The translations under genes and the position numbers were made by a program. DNA of 63,973 nt, the filler included, from Pirum gemmata (Eukaryota), in NCBI GenBank assembly GCA_002812295.1. It is 21 parts of 21 records of this genome, joined end to end, with 100 filler letters (N's around TTAATTAATTAA, not from the genome) between each part and the next. Parts side by side here need not be neighbours in the genome. Positions count along the whole stretch, not along the records: positions 8,809 to 11,609 come from PDIN01004325.1; positions 11,710 to 15,587 come from PDIN01004326.1; positions 15,688 to 18,524 come from PDIN01004327.1; positions 18,625 to 21,501 come from PDIN01004328.1; positions 21,602 to 24,420 come from PDIN01004329.1; positions 24,521 to 27,363 come from PDIN01004330.1; 15 more parts are not named here. One strand, 5' to 3'. This document shows, in pieces, positions 10,514-24,648 of the stretch. The notes beneath the pieces are model-generated. The model ran no database searches and was not told where the DNA came from. It saw nothing but the letters and a program-made list of their open reading frames with translations. Position 1 is the stretch's first letter; each line of letters begins with the position of its first letter.

Positions 10514-11420
10514 ATGATAGCTAGCTAGAGTAGACTCCTAGCTAGCTATTTCTCACCAACCTAGCTACTAGCTAGACTAGCTAGCTATGATAATATACAT
10601 AGCAATAAGACCGAGTCTCTAGCTAGCTAGTAGCTCTCCTAGCTAGCTAGAGCTAGACTAGTAGAAGTTCTACTAGTAGACAGGCTAGTAGTAGACTATA
10701 TAATAATAAAAAGCTTTCTGAGTGAGACCAAGCTTTTTATGATACATATGATATCGTATTATTTAGAAACCTTTAGAAACCATTATCCTACCATTATCTG
10801 GATATCGATAATAATAATATTTATATCTGATATCAATACTTAGTTCTACTATCATAGCTAGCTAGTAGATACTACTACTATCTGATAGCTAGCTAGTAGC
10901 TAGAATTTAATAGCTACTACTAGCTAGCTAGGCCTACCAAAGATCCACATGTGGAAAAAAAATATTTTGAATATAATTACGTTTTTGTACCTCTGCTTAG
11001 TGCTTACCCACTTTCAAATGTATATTACGTCATCATATAGCTCTGCGTCAAAAGGCACTACTATCAATGATAGACTACTATGATACTATCGATATGATAA
11101 TAATATTATCATAGACTAGCTATGATACTGTGATGCTAGCTAGAGCTACTAGCTACTAGCTATCAATTCTATCAATAGCGATAGCTAAGTGATAGCTACT
11201 ACTAGCTAGCTAGCTAGCTAGAGTATCAAATAGTATCATAATATTATTATTATCGATGTAGCTCTACTAGCTACTACTAGCTAGCTATCATACTAGAGGC
11301 AGACCTAGCTAGGCAGGGGTATCGATAGGTAGTCTAGTTAGGGTAGTTAGGGTGTAGCTAGCTAGTGTGTAGCTCTACTAGACTACTAGCTAGAGTAGTA
11401 GGGGTTATTCCGGTAGGGAG
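10514..11420. repeat. Palindromic CTAG/AGCT/ATCGAT-rich low-complexity tract, merging into a TTAGGG array at ~11423-11530
   Basis: Dense ctagctag, agct, gatatc words and small hairpins such as ctagtagaa-g-ttctactag. Confidence 0.8.
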
Positions 11421-11712
11421 GGATTAGGGTTAGGGTTAGTGTTTTAGTTAGGGTTAGTTAGGGTCTAGCTTTAGGGGTTAGGGTTAGGGCTAAAGTTAGG
11501 GTTAGGGTTAGGGTTAGGGTCAGGGTTAGGAGGGTTAATAATATGATAACAAATAATCTATCAGATAGAGTAAGTAATAATATGATACATAATAATAATA
11601 ATAATAATANNNNNNNNNNNNNNNNNNNNNNNNNNNNNNNNNNNNNNNNNNNNTTAATTAATTAANNNNNNNNNNNNNNNNNNNNNNNNNNNNNNNNNNN
11701 NNNNNNNNNTTG

Positions 11713-11746
<34 letters not shown>

Positions 11747-12110
11747 AATTAATAATAATAATAATAAAAATAACAATAACAATAATAGCACAAAAACAAC
11801 ATTCATAAATAATAATAATAATAATGACAATAATGATGTTAGAAATAATATATTTTTATTACCAATCAAAAACTTTGGTATCCATTGTGAACCTATTGCA
11901 TAAAATTTAAGTTCAGTAAGTATAAAAATAATATTACAGTTACTATTGGTATGATGCACAAAAATAATATTACAGTTACTATTGCTATGGTTAGCTCTAT
12001 AAATTATCAAAATAAATTATTTTTTTGTGTTTGATTTTTTGGTTTTTTAGGTCATGGTAAAGGTTTTCTTGGTTTTTGGTTTTTTGATTTTTGGTTTTTT
12101 TATGGTGTCT

Positions 12111-12214
12111 GGGGAAAACCACTATGCTAGCCTGATGGGGACAACCACTACGCTAGCCTGATAGGGACAACCACTACGCTAGCCTGATGGGGACAACCAC
12201 TACGCTAGCCTGAT
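12111..12214 (+). repeat. 26-bp tandem repeat x4 (ggggacaaccactacgctagcctgat)
   Basis: Head-to-tail copies with no spacers. Confidence 0.9.
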
Positions 12215-12372
12215 CTGTATCAACTACGTAGGTCCCCCAACACAAACCAACCACATACACATACTAATTACACAATTCATAGTCTGTGTATGACTTGTAA
12301 CAAAAGAAAAAAGACTAATATTTGTGTCATAATATATAAAAAAGAAAATGAAATATACAAACAAAAACAAAC

Positions 12373-12465
12373 CATTATCTTTCTTTTCAATGTGACCAAG
12401 CCAAAACCTACTCATTAATTCAGAATATCCAGGTTTCAGTTCTTTAACCACATGTAGTAAATACC
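12373..12465 (-). CDS. Exon resembling the PhlG / DAPG-hydrolase family
   Basis: cag|G-YLLHVVKELKPGYSELMSRFWLGHIEKKDN-G|gt; the H...G.E..SRFWLG pattern is characteristic of PhlG-like hydrolases; only ~31 codons visible. Confidence 0.5.
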
Positions 12466-12540
12466 CTGTATGTAATTTCACAGTTAATTTTTACTACTAC
12501 TACTACTACTATAACTACTAATACTACTACTACTACTACT

Positions 12541-12615
<75 letters not shown>

Positions 12616-12743
12616 TAACTACTACTACTACTACNNNNNNNNNNNNNNNNNNNNNNNNNNNNNNNNNNNNNNNNNNNNNNNNNNNNNNNNNNNNNNNNNN
12701 NNNNNNNNNNNNNNNNNNNNNNNNNNNNNNNNNNNNNNNNNNN

Positions 12744-12858
<115 letters not shown>

Positions 12859-13007
12859 CCCTTGGTATATATATTAAGGATATTTAATAAATTATTAATA
12901 AAAAAGCTAAACAAAACAATCACTACATTTTGTAAAAAATAAAAGAGTAAGATTTAAATTGTTTTTTTTTTCTTGAAAATATTAATTAAAAAAAGAAAAA
13001 AAAAAAA

Positions 13008-15449
13008 ATGACGTTTATTAGTAAAATTGGGTTGGGGTTGTTTCCCTTGATGACTGCCACCAGTTTTGGCGCTGAAAATATTAATTCTAACACTAACGCC
13101 AGAATTTGTCATAATGGTGGTAAGAGTATCAACATAACCGAACACAACTTCAACGACCAAGTTTTAAACAACACGAGACCAATTAAAATAGCTTATTTCC
13201 ATGAATATCATTACTCTCGTGTTGTGTCTTTGTACGCTAAATTCATAATAGAGGAAAAATTGGGATATAAAGTAGACTTAGTAGAAGTAAATCATAATGA
13301 TAACCACCAATATCTTGATGATGTAAATAGTGGTAAATATGATGCTCATTTATCCGCTTACTCTGATGAAACTTATAGTTATAAAAATCCAAAGTTTAAA
13401 TACCTGGGTAACGTGGGGTTTGATACTCGAATTGGTTGGTACATGCCTGATTACATGATTAATCCAGTACCAGGAATAATACATTACAAAGGATGGCAAA
13501 ATGCCCATGATCGCGAAACCATTTTCTGTCACAATGAATCAAAATTGAATTACCAAACTGTTGATTTTAAAGCAGAATTGGAAAACAGCACAGTCTGCAA
13601 AGGTGCTGCTACTACCCGCCAATACACCGACTGTATAAATCATTTAAAAAGTAAATTCAATCAACACCATTGTCAGTTACAGCTCCTTAGTGACCCTGAT
13701 ACTATTGAGTATGGTATGGATAGTCATATAGTCAAAAACCTTGGTTTGGACAACATTATCAACGTAACACATATTGATGCTAACGTTGATCATGAAAAAT
13801 TTAAAACTGACTATATTGCCCAGTCTTTTAAAAGTTACAGACCTTTTATGATTAACGCTAATGAGCCTTCTCTTGAATTGGCTATTGTGGAACGAGAATA
13901 TGCGAACGATGCTAGTAAACCTACCTTAATCAGAGTACATTTGAAAGAATTTGACGTAAGTTGTGAGCCCCACTATTTTACGAATTCTTATACAAAGTTT
14001 GATTGTGATTATAGAGCACAGCACGTGGTAAAAGTTATTTCCGACTCGGTAAAGATTAACTATCCTGAAGTAGAAAAATTATTACACGAATTTAGTTTAC
14101 ATGATATTTCTTATTTAAACAGAATGTTAGCTGATACTGCCAAAATGTCAGAAGAAGACTCAGTATGCAAATTCATCAATGAACATGTTTCTTTGGTGAA
14201 TGATATGCAAGTCGAAAAAGATGTACGAATTGAACATGAAATCTCAACACCGCTTCGAATTACGTTCATGATTATTGGTGGCATTATGTTTTGCTTTTGC
14301 TCTTTCAACGCTTTTCTTGTGTTTCAATATAGAAAAAATAGTAATATTGTTAGAGGTTCATATACCTTTTTACTGTTGATATGTCTTTGTTCTATGGTAT
14401 ATTCCATTTGGATTATTTTAGAATCCTCTCCCACGCATCCCGTTACTTGTGCATTGGAGCCGTGGTTTTATGTTGTAGGCTTTTGTGGCGCTTTTATGGC
14501 TTTGAACATGAAAACCCTAAGGGTATCTTTATTATTTAACAGAAAATTGGCATTAAAGGCTTCTAGATCTAGAAAATTGGTTAAGAACTTGAAAGACGAA
14601 AAATTAGCTTTGTACTACGGTGTGTTAATGGGTGTAATAATTGTGTACTTAGCAATTTGGACCGGGGTATCTATTACTAAACCTTGGCATCATCTTTATT
14701 CTCATGAAATTGAGGGCAATCATGACATTTTTACATTTGAAACAATTTGTAAGTCGCATAGTGGAGTTTATGATTATATTGCGATTGGTATCGAATTTTT
14801 TGTAGTTATTATGTCTGTGATGTTAGCAGTGAGTGTCCGAAATATCCCAACCAATTTCAACGAAAGTACATTGATCGGGGTAGCTTCTTATTCTGCTGCG
14901 TTATGCGTTTTGGTAAATGTGGCAATTCACTTTATTCATGTCGATAACCAAACAGCATACATCATCAAAGTTATTTTTTCCATTATTCCTATTTTTGCTC
15001 TTGTTTTCACTATTGTGTCAAGAAAGCTTTACAACGTCTACAAAGGTATTGAAGATGAAAGTAAGAGTAACAGTAGTAGATCAGAATCAACAAAAGGGAA
15101 CACTGGTATATTAAACACCCTAAACAATTTGATTAGTAAAGCGAATAACTCAAAAAACAATGGCAGCACCACACGCGGATCACATCAAGCCACCACACGC
15201 GAATCATATCAAACACGTGGTAAATCAACGACGGCTGGACGAACAATCAACAAAGCGGAAAAATCTGTGATCGAAGTTTTACAATCTGTAAATAAAACTG
15301 AAGACGAATTAATTTTAACAATTTGCGAAACAGACGTCAGAGATGAAGATGATGTAAATGACGTTTTACCAAAGAAGGAAAAGAAGATAGAATCTGTCAA
15401 CATGAATGTTGAAGGAGGTGTTTACGTCGGAGATGGTCATTACGTTTAA
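13008..15449 (+). CDS. Class C (glutamate/GABA-B-type) GPCR with an N-terminal OpuAC-like solute-binding domain; intronless, 813 aa
   Basis: Signal peptide; IKIAYF...YAKFIIEEKLGYKVDLVEV and YLGNVGFDTRIGWYMPDY resemble glycine-betaine-binding proteins; seven hydrophobic segments with class C motifs MKTLRVSLLF and VRNIPTNFNESTLIG. Confidence 0.88.
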   Translation: MTFISKIGLGLFPLMTATSFGAENINSNTNARICHNGGKSINITEHNFNDQVLNNTRPIKIAYFHEYHYSRVVSLYAKFIIEEKLGYKVDLVEVNHNDNHQYLDDVNSGKYDAHLSAYSDETYSYKNPKFKYLGNVGFDTRIGWYMPDYMINPVPGIIHYKGWQNAHDRETIFCHNESKLNYQTVDFKAELENSTVCKGAATTRQYTDCINHLKSKFNQHHCQLQLLSDPDTIEYGMDSHIVKNLGLDNIINVTHIDANVDHEKFKTDYIAQSFKSYRPFMINANEPSLELAIVEREYANDASKPTLIRVHLKEFDVSCEPHYFTNSYTKFDCDYRAQHVVKVISDSVKINYPEVEKLLHEFSLHDISYLNRMLADTAKMSEEDSVCKFINEHVSLVNDMQVEKDVRIEHEISTPLRITFMIIGGIMFCFCSFNAFLVFQYRKNSNIVRGSYTFLLLICLCSMVYSIWIILESSPTHPVTCALEPWFYVVGFCGAFMALNMKTLRVSLLFNRKLALKASRSRKLVKNLKDEKLALYYGVLMGVIIVYLAIWTGVSITKPWHHLYSHEIEGNHDIFTFETICKSHSGVYDYIAIGIEFFVVIMSVMLAVSVRNIPTNFNESTLIGVASYSAALCVLVNVAIHFIHVDNQTAYIIKVIFSIIPIFALVFTIVSRKLYNVYKGIEDESKSNSSRSESTKGNTGILNTLNNLISKANNSKNNGSTTRGSHQATTRESYQTRGKSTTAGRTINKAEKSVIEVLQSVNKTEDELILTICETDVRDEDDVNDVLPKKEKKIESVNMNVEGGVYVGDGHYV

Positions 15450-15535
15450 AAATATTAAAACGTAATAAAAACAAATTCAAAAAATAACAATAATAATAAA
15501 ACCGAAATAATTTATTATTTAATTATTATTATTTA

Positions 15536-15568
<33 letters not shown>

Positions 15569-16139
15569 GTTATTATTATTATTATTANNNNNNNNNNNNN
15601 NNNNNNNNNNNNNNNNNNNNNNNNNNNNNNNTTAATTAATTAANNNNNNNNNNNNNNNNNNNNNNNNNNNNNNNNNNNNNNNNNNNNGCTAGAGGTTCTA
15701 AAGATCTCTTACAAAGAAGAAAGACAAAAGATTAGTATTAATTGTTGAAAAATGCTTTTCTTTTTGTAAATAATGTTAATTCCACCTTTCATGATCAGTA
15801 ACTCAGTACAAAGAAAACATGATTGAACTTAACGTAATGGTTTTTTTTTTGTTTTTTTGTTTGGTTTGTATTTTGGCTTGTATTTTGTTTATATATATAG
15901 TAGTATTTCTCATTCTTTTTCATTCTTTTTTTTATTTATAAAAAATTAAAAAATATGAATAATGTAGAAATGCCATACACTCATACTCTTTCTTGATTTT
16001 GCTTTCTTAAATAGTATTTCATTAATTACATTACCATTGTAAGTATCGTCACCAACACAGTTTTTTATTTATAAAATAATGGTACCAGTCACCCTCTAGT
16101 ATTTAACAATTTATATATATGTTGTCACCAAATCCATGT

Positions 16140-16490
16140 ATAACCTTAGCCCTGTAACCTTGGCCCTTACCCTAACACTAACAGCCCCAATACTAACAAC
16201 CCTAACACTAACAACCCTAACCCTAACAACCCTGTCCCTAACAACCCTAACCCTAACAACCCTTGCATCAACAACCCTAACACCAACAACCCTAACACTA
16301 ACAACCCTAGCACTAACAACCCTAACCCTAACAACCCTTGCATCAACAACCCTAACACCAACAACCCCAACACTAACAACCCTAGCACTAACAACCCTAA
16401 CTCTAAAAATCCTAACTCTATCGCTTGCCGTAACGCTAACCCTAGCGCTAACCCTAGTGCTAACCCTAACGCTAATGCTAAGCTAACCCT
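16140..16490 (+). repeat. Intronic telomere-derived array (ACAACCCTA/ACCCTA, ~15-bp period)
   Basis: Ends just before acceptor ttcgtacag|16500. Confidence 0.85.
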
Positions 16491-16499
16491 TTCGTACAG

Positions 16500-18524
<2,025 letters not shown>

Positions 18525-18624
18525 NNNNNNNNNNNNNNNNNNNNNNNNNNNNNNNNNNNNNNNNNNNNTTAATTAATTAANNNNNNNNNNNNNNNNNNNN
18601 NNNNNNNNNNNNNNNNNNNNNNNN

Positions 18625-18708
18625 CACTTCTATTCTAATACTATTACTACTACTTCGATGGCTATTACTGTTAGTATTTCTACTTAGTAGTAGTACCTAC
18701 TACTACTC

Positions 18709-18766
<58 letters not shown>

Positions 18767-19030
18767 ATTACTACTACTACTGCATTACTACTACTACTGC
18801 ATTACTACTACTACGATCACTACTATTAATAGTACTACTACTACTACTACTACTATCAACCACTACTAATACCACATTACTACAATCACTACTTCTATTA
18901 ATAGTACTATTACTACTACGATTACTAATTCTATTAAAATAGTACTATTACTACTACGATTACTAATTCTATTAATAGTACTATTACTACTACGATTACT
19001 ACTTATACTACTACTACTAATACTACATTA
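18625..19030 (+). repeat. (CTA/TAC)n intronic microsatellite
   Basis: Direct inspection. Confidence 0.9.
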
Positions 19031-19059
19031 TAAAAATTGTTAATATTTATGTAATACAG

Positions 19060-21383
19060 CTGGGTAATGAAACAAAAACTAAAATTAAAGAAATCAAAAA
19101 TGGTTTATCGAGTTTTGGGATTGCCTTCAATATTCCCGACGTTGACAATATGGCTAGTAACGGTATCAAGATTATGGGTGGTTTAGAAGACCAATTACAA
19201 GCCATGTCAGAGCAAACGTATAAAGATATTGATAATTCTATAAAATCCAATGGGGAACTGATGGATACTTTGTCTCTGAATGGTGGTATTTTATTGGCTC
19301 CTACTGGTCAAATTAAAATGGGCAAAGTTGTTATGGACATAGATATAAAAGAATTACAAACACTAGTTAAAGGAAGTGATAAAACTCACAAACATGTTCA
19401 TAAACATTTTATTAGTAAAACTTTACAGCAAAGCCAGATCACGGACATAATCGATGCCGAAGATATGTTGAATGTTGCTCTCTCTAGTAACGGAGGCTTT
19501 AGGAAGTTCGGGGTGAACGCAGCATGGGTAATTTAATTCTATTTTTTTATTTTTTTAAAGTATATCTGTAATGTCATAATCTTGCTAATATTATCACATT
19601 TTATTTAACAGAGTGCTTCGGTAATGCTACAAAGCTCCTTTCAAAGAACCACTGCTCAAAATGATTTTACACAAGTTTTTAATTACAAAGAATACAAAAG
19701 TTTAGAGGTTTTTGAACCCAGAGGAAGAGTTCTATTAGAAGATAAGATGTATAAAATTTCTGAAGATTTGATTATGGAGTTAAAATCATGCACCGAAATC
19801 AACCATTTTTCAAAATTCTTAAGGAAATACGGGAGCCACATTGCTACTGATTTTACTTTGGGGGGTAAATACATATACAACACGGAATTGAATATCAACG
19901 GTGAGAAAGGTCATAAAAGAAAGGAAACAGTATATAACGATATTATAAAAAATGCCCATGATGCTTCGGTCTCGGTTTCGGGTGCTTTCGTTAATGGTGC
20001 AAGTCTGTAAGTATATCATTATAGTTATTACATTTATTACTATTTATTATTTTATTATTATTATTGATGATATTTGTTATTTATTTTTTATTTTTTATTA
20101 TTTGTTGTTTGTTATATAGTCAATCGGCCCATGATCGAGACAGACAAAATGCGGGTGGGGTTAACTTTCAAATGTATTCAGAAGAACAGGAAATATCAGC
20201 GAAATTAACCGTTGAGCATACTGGTGCAACAGGTGGGATGCTGTTACCAGCTTGGATGCATTCTTTGAAATTCAATGCAAACTGGGCTGTGATTGAAACT
20301 GCTGAAGCGGGGTTGATACCTATATTTGAAGAATTAGAAAAGAAAAAATACGATGGAATCTTTAATTCTACTAAACCCCAAAACCCAAAACGCTCATCCA
20401 AGGAAAATAATTCCAGATTTGGTTTCATGTCCGTATTCGGGTTCGCGTCACACAAGAAAGAATCTAATGAAAATTTAAATTCTACTAATCTCCCACACGA
20501 GCAACACATAGAACGCTTACGTATTATAAGACAGCTGAAATTAGCATATTTACGCCTTTTATTTGACCAAACTGCCAGTGGGACTATTATTGATGAATTG
20601 TCGGAACAAGATATTGAACAGCAGCTGGAGACTTTAGCTCAGAAAAGAAGATACGACCAAAATATACAATTATTAAGGAACGTTCTACACAGTGAAATTG
20701 GTGATGAACACAAATGGTTCAAAATTATTCAACTTCAGCTTAGTTTTATAACGCTAACACACAGTAACTTATTTCAACCACAAAATGTTGTTTCTTTTAG
20801 TGAAACGATATTAAATTCCATAACCTTAGATCATCAAAAAAGTCTGTCTTCAATTCAGTATGATATCGATAATATTAAAATGTTAGCAAGCCCATACATG
20901 ATTAAGGCAGCAGGGAAAACTGTGGAGGAAATTCTGGGTAAATCGGTGGAATTATTTAAATTACATGCTAACTTTGATTGTAGAGCCGAAGCTCAATTAC
21001 AAAACCTACCTTATACGGACGAGAAAGGGGCAATAATACCGCGTCGGTTGATAATTGAGAATTGGCTTCATGGTCAAAAGAAAATTAACATTCCTTTGGA
21101 GGAAATACATTGCCAATTACAAAAAATTTCTCGTGGACATACCTCATATTCTCATGCGGGTGCTATTCTAGTTACTGGTAGAAATTCTCCATCTATAGAT
21201 GCAACATTTATATGTAAAACTACGATAAAACAGGTTATGACACACATTATTGATATGAAGTTCGAAGATCTCTTACAATATGTTCAAAAACCAATGTTTG
21301 ATATTCGCGCAGAGAGATGGTTTCAAATAGTAGAAACTTCGGATCATTATAAACAATATTTATTAGGCAACAAACCAAAATAA
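19060..21383 (+). CDS. MACPF-domain (perforin-like) protein, 5'-partial; exons 19060-19527, 19612-20006, 20120-21383
   Basis: Phase-compatible GT-AG junctions; signature FLRKYGSHIATDFTLGGKYIY; downstream GG...W..SL..N.NWAVI. Confidence 0.8.
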
Positions 21384-21601
21384 AACAAAATAAAATAAAA
21401 TAAAATAAAATAAAATAAAATAAAATAAAATAAAATAAAATTAAATTAAATTAAATTAAATTAAATTAAATAAAATAAAATAAAATAAAATAACATAAAA
21501 TNNNNNNNNNNNNNNNNNNNNNNNNNNNNNNNNNNNNNNNNNNNNTTAATTAATTAANNNNNNNNNNNNNNNNNNNNNNNNNNNNNNNNNNNNNNNNNNN
21601 N

Positions 21602-22195
21602 GTAATGGTAATGGTAATGGCAATGGTAATGGTAATGGTAATGGTAATGATAATGGTAATGGTAATAGTAATGGTAATGGTAATGGTAAAGGGATAATGG
21701 TAATGGCAATGGTAATGGTAATGGTAATTGTAATTGTAATTGTAATTGTAATTGTAATTGTAAATTGTATTTGTATTTGTAATTGCAATCATGATAATAA
21801 TTGTAATTGTAATTGCAATTGTAATTATCATTGTCATTGTAATTGCAATTGTAATTGTTATTGTCATTGTAATTGTAATTGTAATTGTAAGTGGAAGGGG
21901 AAGTGGAATTGTAAAAGTGAAGTAGGAGCGGAAGAGAAAGTGAATTTGATATTGTCATTGTCATTGTTATTGTTATTGTTATTGTTATTGTTATTGTTAT
22001 TGTTATTGTTATTGTTATTGTTATTGTTATTGTTATTGTTATTGTTATTGTTATTGCAATAAAAAAATAAAAATACAAATAACCTTTTGGCATTTCTCCT
22101 TAGACTATGTTAGTAATAATAATACTAATAATAACAATAATAACAATACGACAAATAAAAGGATAAAGAAATAAACAAATAACTTATAATAAAAT

Positions 22196-22227
<32 letters not shown>

Positions 22228-22301
22228 TAGTATAGTAGTAGTAGCAGTAGTAGCGATGGTAGTAGTAGTAGCAATGGTAGTAGTAGTAGCAGTGGAAGTA
22301 A

Positions 22302-22376
<75 letters not shown>

Positions 22377-22490
22377 GTAGGTAGGTAGGTGGTGGTGGTG
22401 GTGCTAGTGGTAGTAGTAGTGGTGGTGGTGCTAATGGTAATGGTAGTGGCTGCGGTGGTGGTAATGGTGCTGGTAGTAAAAGTAGTAGTT
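21602..22490 (+). repeat. Compound microsatellites (GGTAAT, TGTAAT, TTGTTA, TAG)n
   Basis: Direct inspection. Confidence 0.9.
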
Positions 22491-22555
22491 TGTTGATGTG
22501 TTGTTTCTTGTTGCTTAGTCTATTAATTTTTTTCTATTTTTTTTTTTTTTTTGTC

Positions 22556-22588
<33 letters not shown>

Positions 22589-23561
22589 TCGATATATAGA
22601 CAATCGATAAATAAACTGCTTATTATAAACTACTAGAGTTTATTAATTGAACAATATAATTTCATTCAGCAAATTTTACTACTTGTAATCTAAAAAAAAA
22701 ATAGCAAATTATATATGATATTATCTAGATGAAATGTAATTTGATGATTCTTTATACTCTCTTTATTGTGTAAATTGATGAATATTTGTGCTATTAGTGA
22801 TGATTCTTTATACTCTCTTTATACTCTCTTTATTGTGTAAATTGATGAATATTTGTGCTATTAGTATGATAATGAATAAAAAAACAATTATCTAAAAGTA
22901 CTATGTATACTACTAGTAGAAGTCTCTTGTTCTCTCTTATATAATCATAATATTATTGTATTATATCAATAGTGCTGCTTTTCAGTTTGTTTTGTCATCA
23001 TAAAGTATACAATAAAGAGTACCAAATTAATACAATAGAAATCCATTTAATTTAATTTGGTATATTTTATTATCTATTTATTTTTTTAAAAATGTCAATT
23101 TAAAAATTATAACTCTCCAAATAAATATTCAGATTGACAAAATAAATGAAAAGACGTCCACAGTAGTTTTTTACTCTTCTTATCGCCATTTCTTTTTGCA
23201 GCTAGACTAGCTACCAGAGGTCTAGCTAGCTAGCTAGAAGCTCTAGCGGCATTTTGCTGCTTCTACATAGGTATTTTTTTTTCGGGAGTGTTTTTCGTCT
23301 ATTATTTTTCGCATATTTTCGGACGATTTCTTTTTTTCGATTCAATAATAAATACTCATGTAACGTTATGTTTGATACAATAAATTAATTTTTTCAAAAA
23401 AAAAAATTTCACTTTTTTTCACTTTTTTTTAGGCCTCTTTTTTTTTTTCTATGATATCATAGCGCTACAATTTCCGGTCAAGTACTGCTTCAAATACCCC
23501 TACCTACCTACCCCTTGACGTTAAATTCCGTAGGAACCCTACGGTCCAGGTCTATATGTTA

Positions 23562-23760
23562 GGCCTCTCCCAATTCTGCTCAAACCCGAAAACTCGAATT
23601 TCTGCTGTCCAAAAATGCCAAAATTCAGCTCCGTTCGAAAAAAAATTTTTTTTTCATATTTTTCGAGTTTATTAATAAATAAAAATATTTGAATACTTTT
23701 AAAATTGTAAGCTCAAAATTTCGAACTTATTTAATTTATAAATAGGCTTGAAAACTCGAT
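23562..23760 (+). mobile_element. MITE family F, truncated copy
   Basis: Reverse complement of ~24087-24273. Confidence 0.8.
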
Positions 23761-24053
23761 GTACAATGTACATGAGTCTATGATTATGTAAAATTTCAGA
23801 CAGGGCTTCTGAGTGGTGACTGTGGAGTGACGCCCAAATTTGGAAATTTAGCTCAAAGTCAAATATAAATCATCAAATGAAATCTCTTAAAATTATAACT
23901 GTGAGTTGGATTACTGACCAATAATAGATAACAATTATACTATATTTAGTAAGCAAATATTATTAATATCCATATTTGGACCTATATAAACCTATAAGAG
24001 CCACTAAGAGCTCAAAAAGTTTAAAAATTCTAACCATAGAGCTCTATGCATTA

Positions 24054-24273
24054 GGCTTCTCCCAATTCTGCTCTTTTTTTTAATAATCGAGTTTTCAAGC
24101 CTATTTATAAATTAAATAAGTTCGAAATTTTGGGCTTACAATTAAGTATTCAAATATATTTATTTATTAGTAAACTCGAAAATATAAAAAAAAAAATTCG
24201 AACGGAGCTGAATTTTGGCTTTTTTGGACAGCAGAAATTCGAGTTTTCGGGTTTGAGCAGAATTGGGAGAGAC
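24054..24273 (-). mobile_element. MITE family F, full copy ~220 bp (others 24334-24420, 34344-34554)
   Basis: TIR ggcttctcccaattctgctc / gagcagaattgggagagac; copies in two contigs. Confidence 0.85.
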
Positions 24274-24648
24274 TAGTCCTGGGCCTGAGTTCTGGGCCAC
24301 TCCTGGCCTAACATTGTTAGCCTAACATGGTAAGCCTCTCCCAATTCTGCTCCAGCTCGAAAACTCGAATTTATGCTGTCTAAAAAAAAAGCCGAAATTC
24401 AGCCCTGTTCGAAAATTATTNNNNNNNNNNNNNNNNNNNNNNNNNNNNNNNNNNNNNNNNNNNNTTAATTAATTAANNNNNNNNNNNNNNNNNNNNNNNN
24501 NNNNNNNNNNNNNNNNNNNNACAACAACAACAGCAGCAGCAGCAACAACAACAACAATGACCACAATGACAAAGACAAAAGCAACAACAACAACATCAAC
24601 GAAAAAAATAAAAGGCGGGTCAAGAAGTTTTTTAAAAAGAAATTTTAC

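Noticed and set aside
12111..12214. CRISPR array
   Set aside because: 26-bp units are contiguous with no spacers
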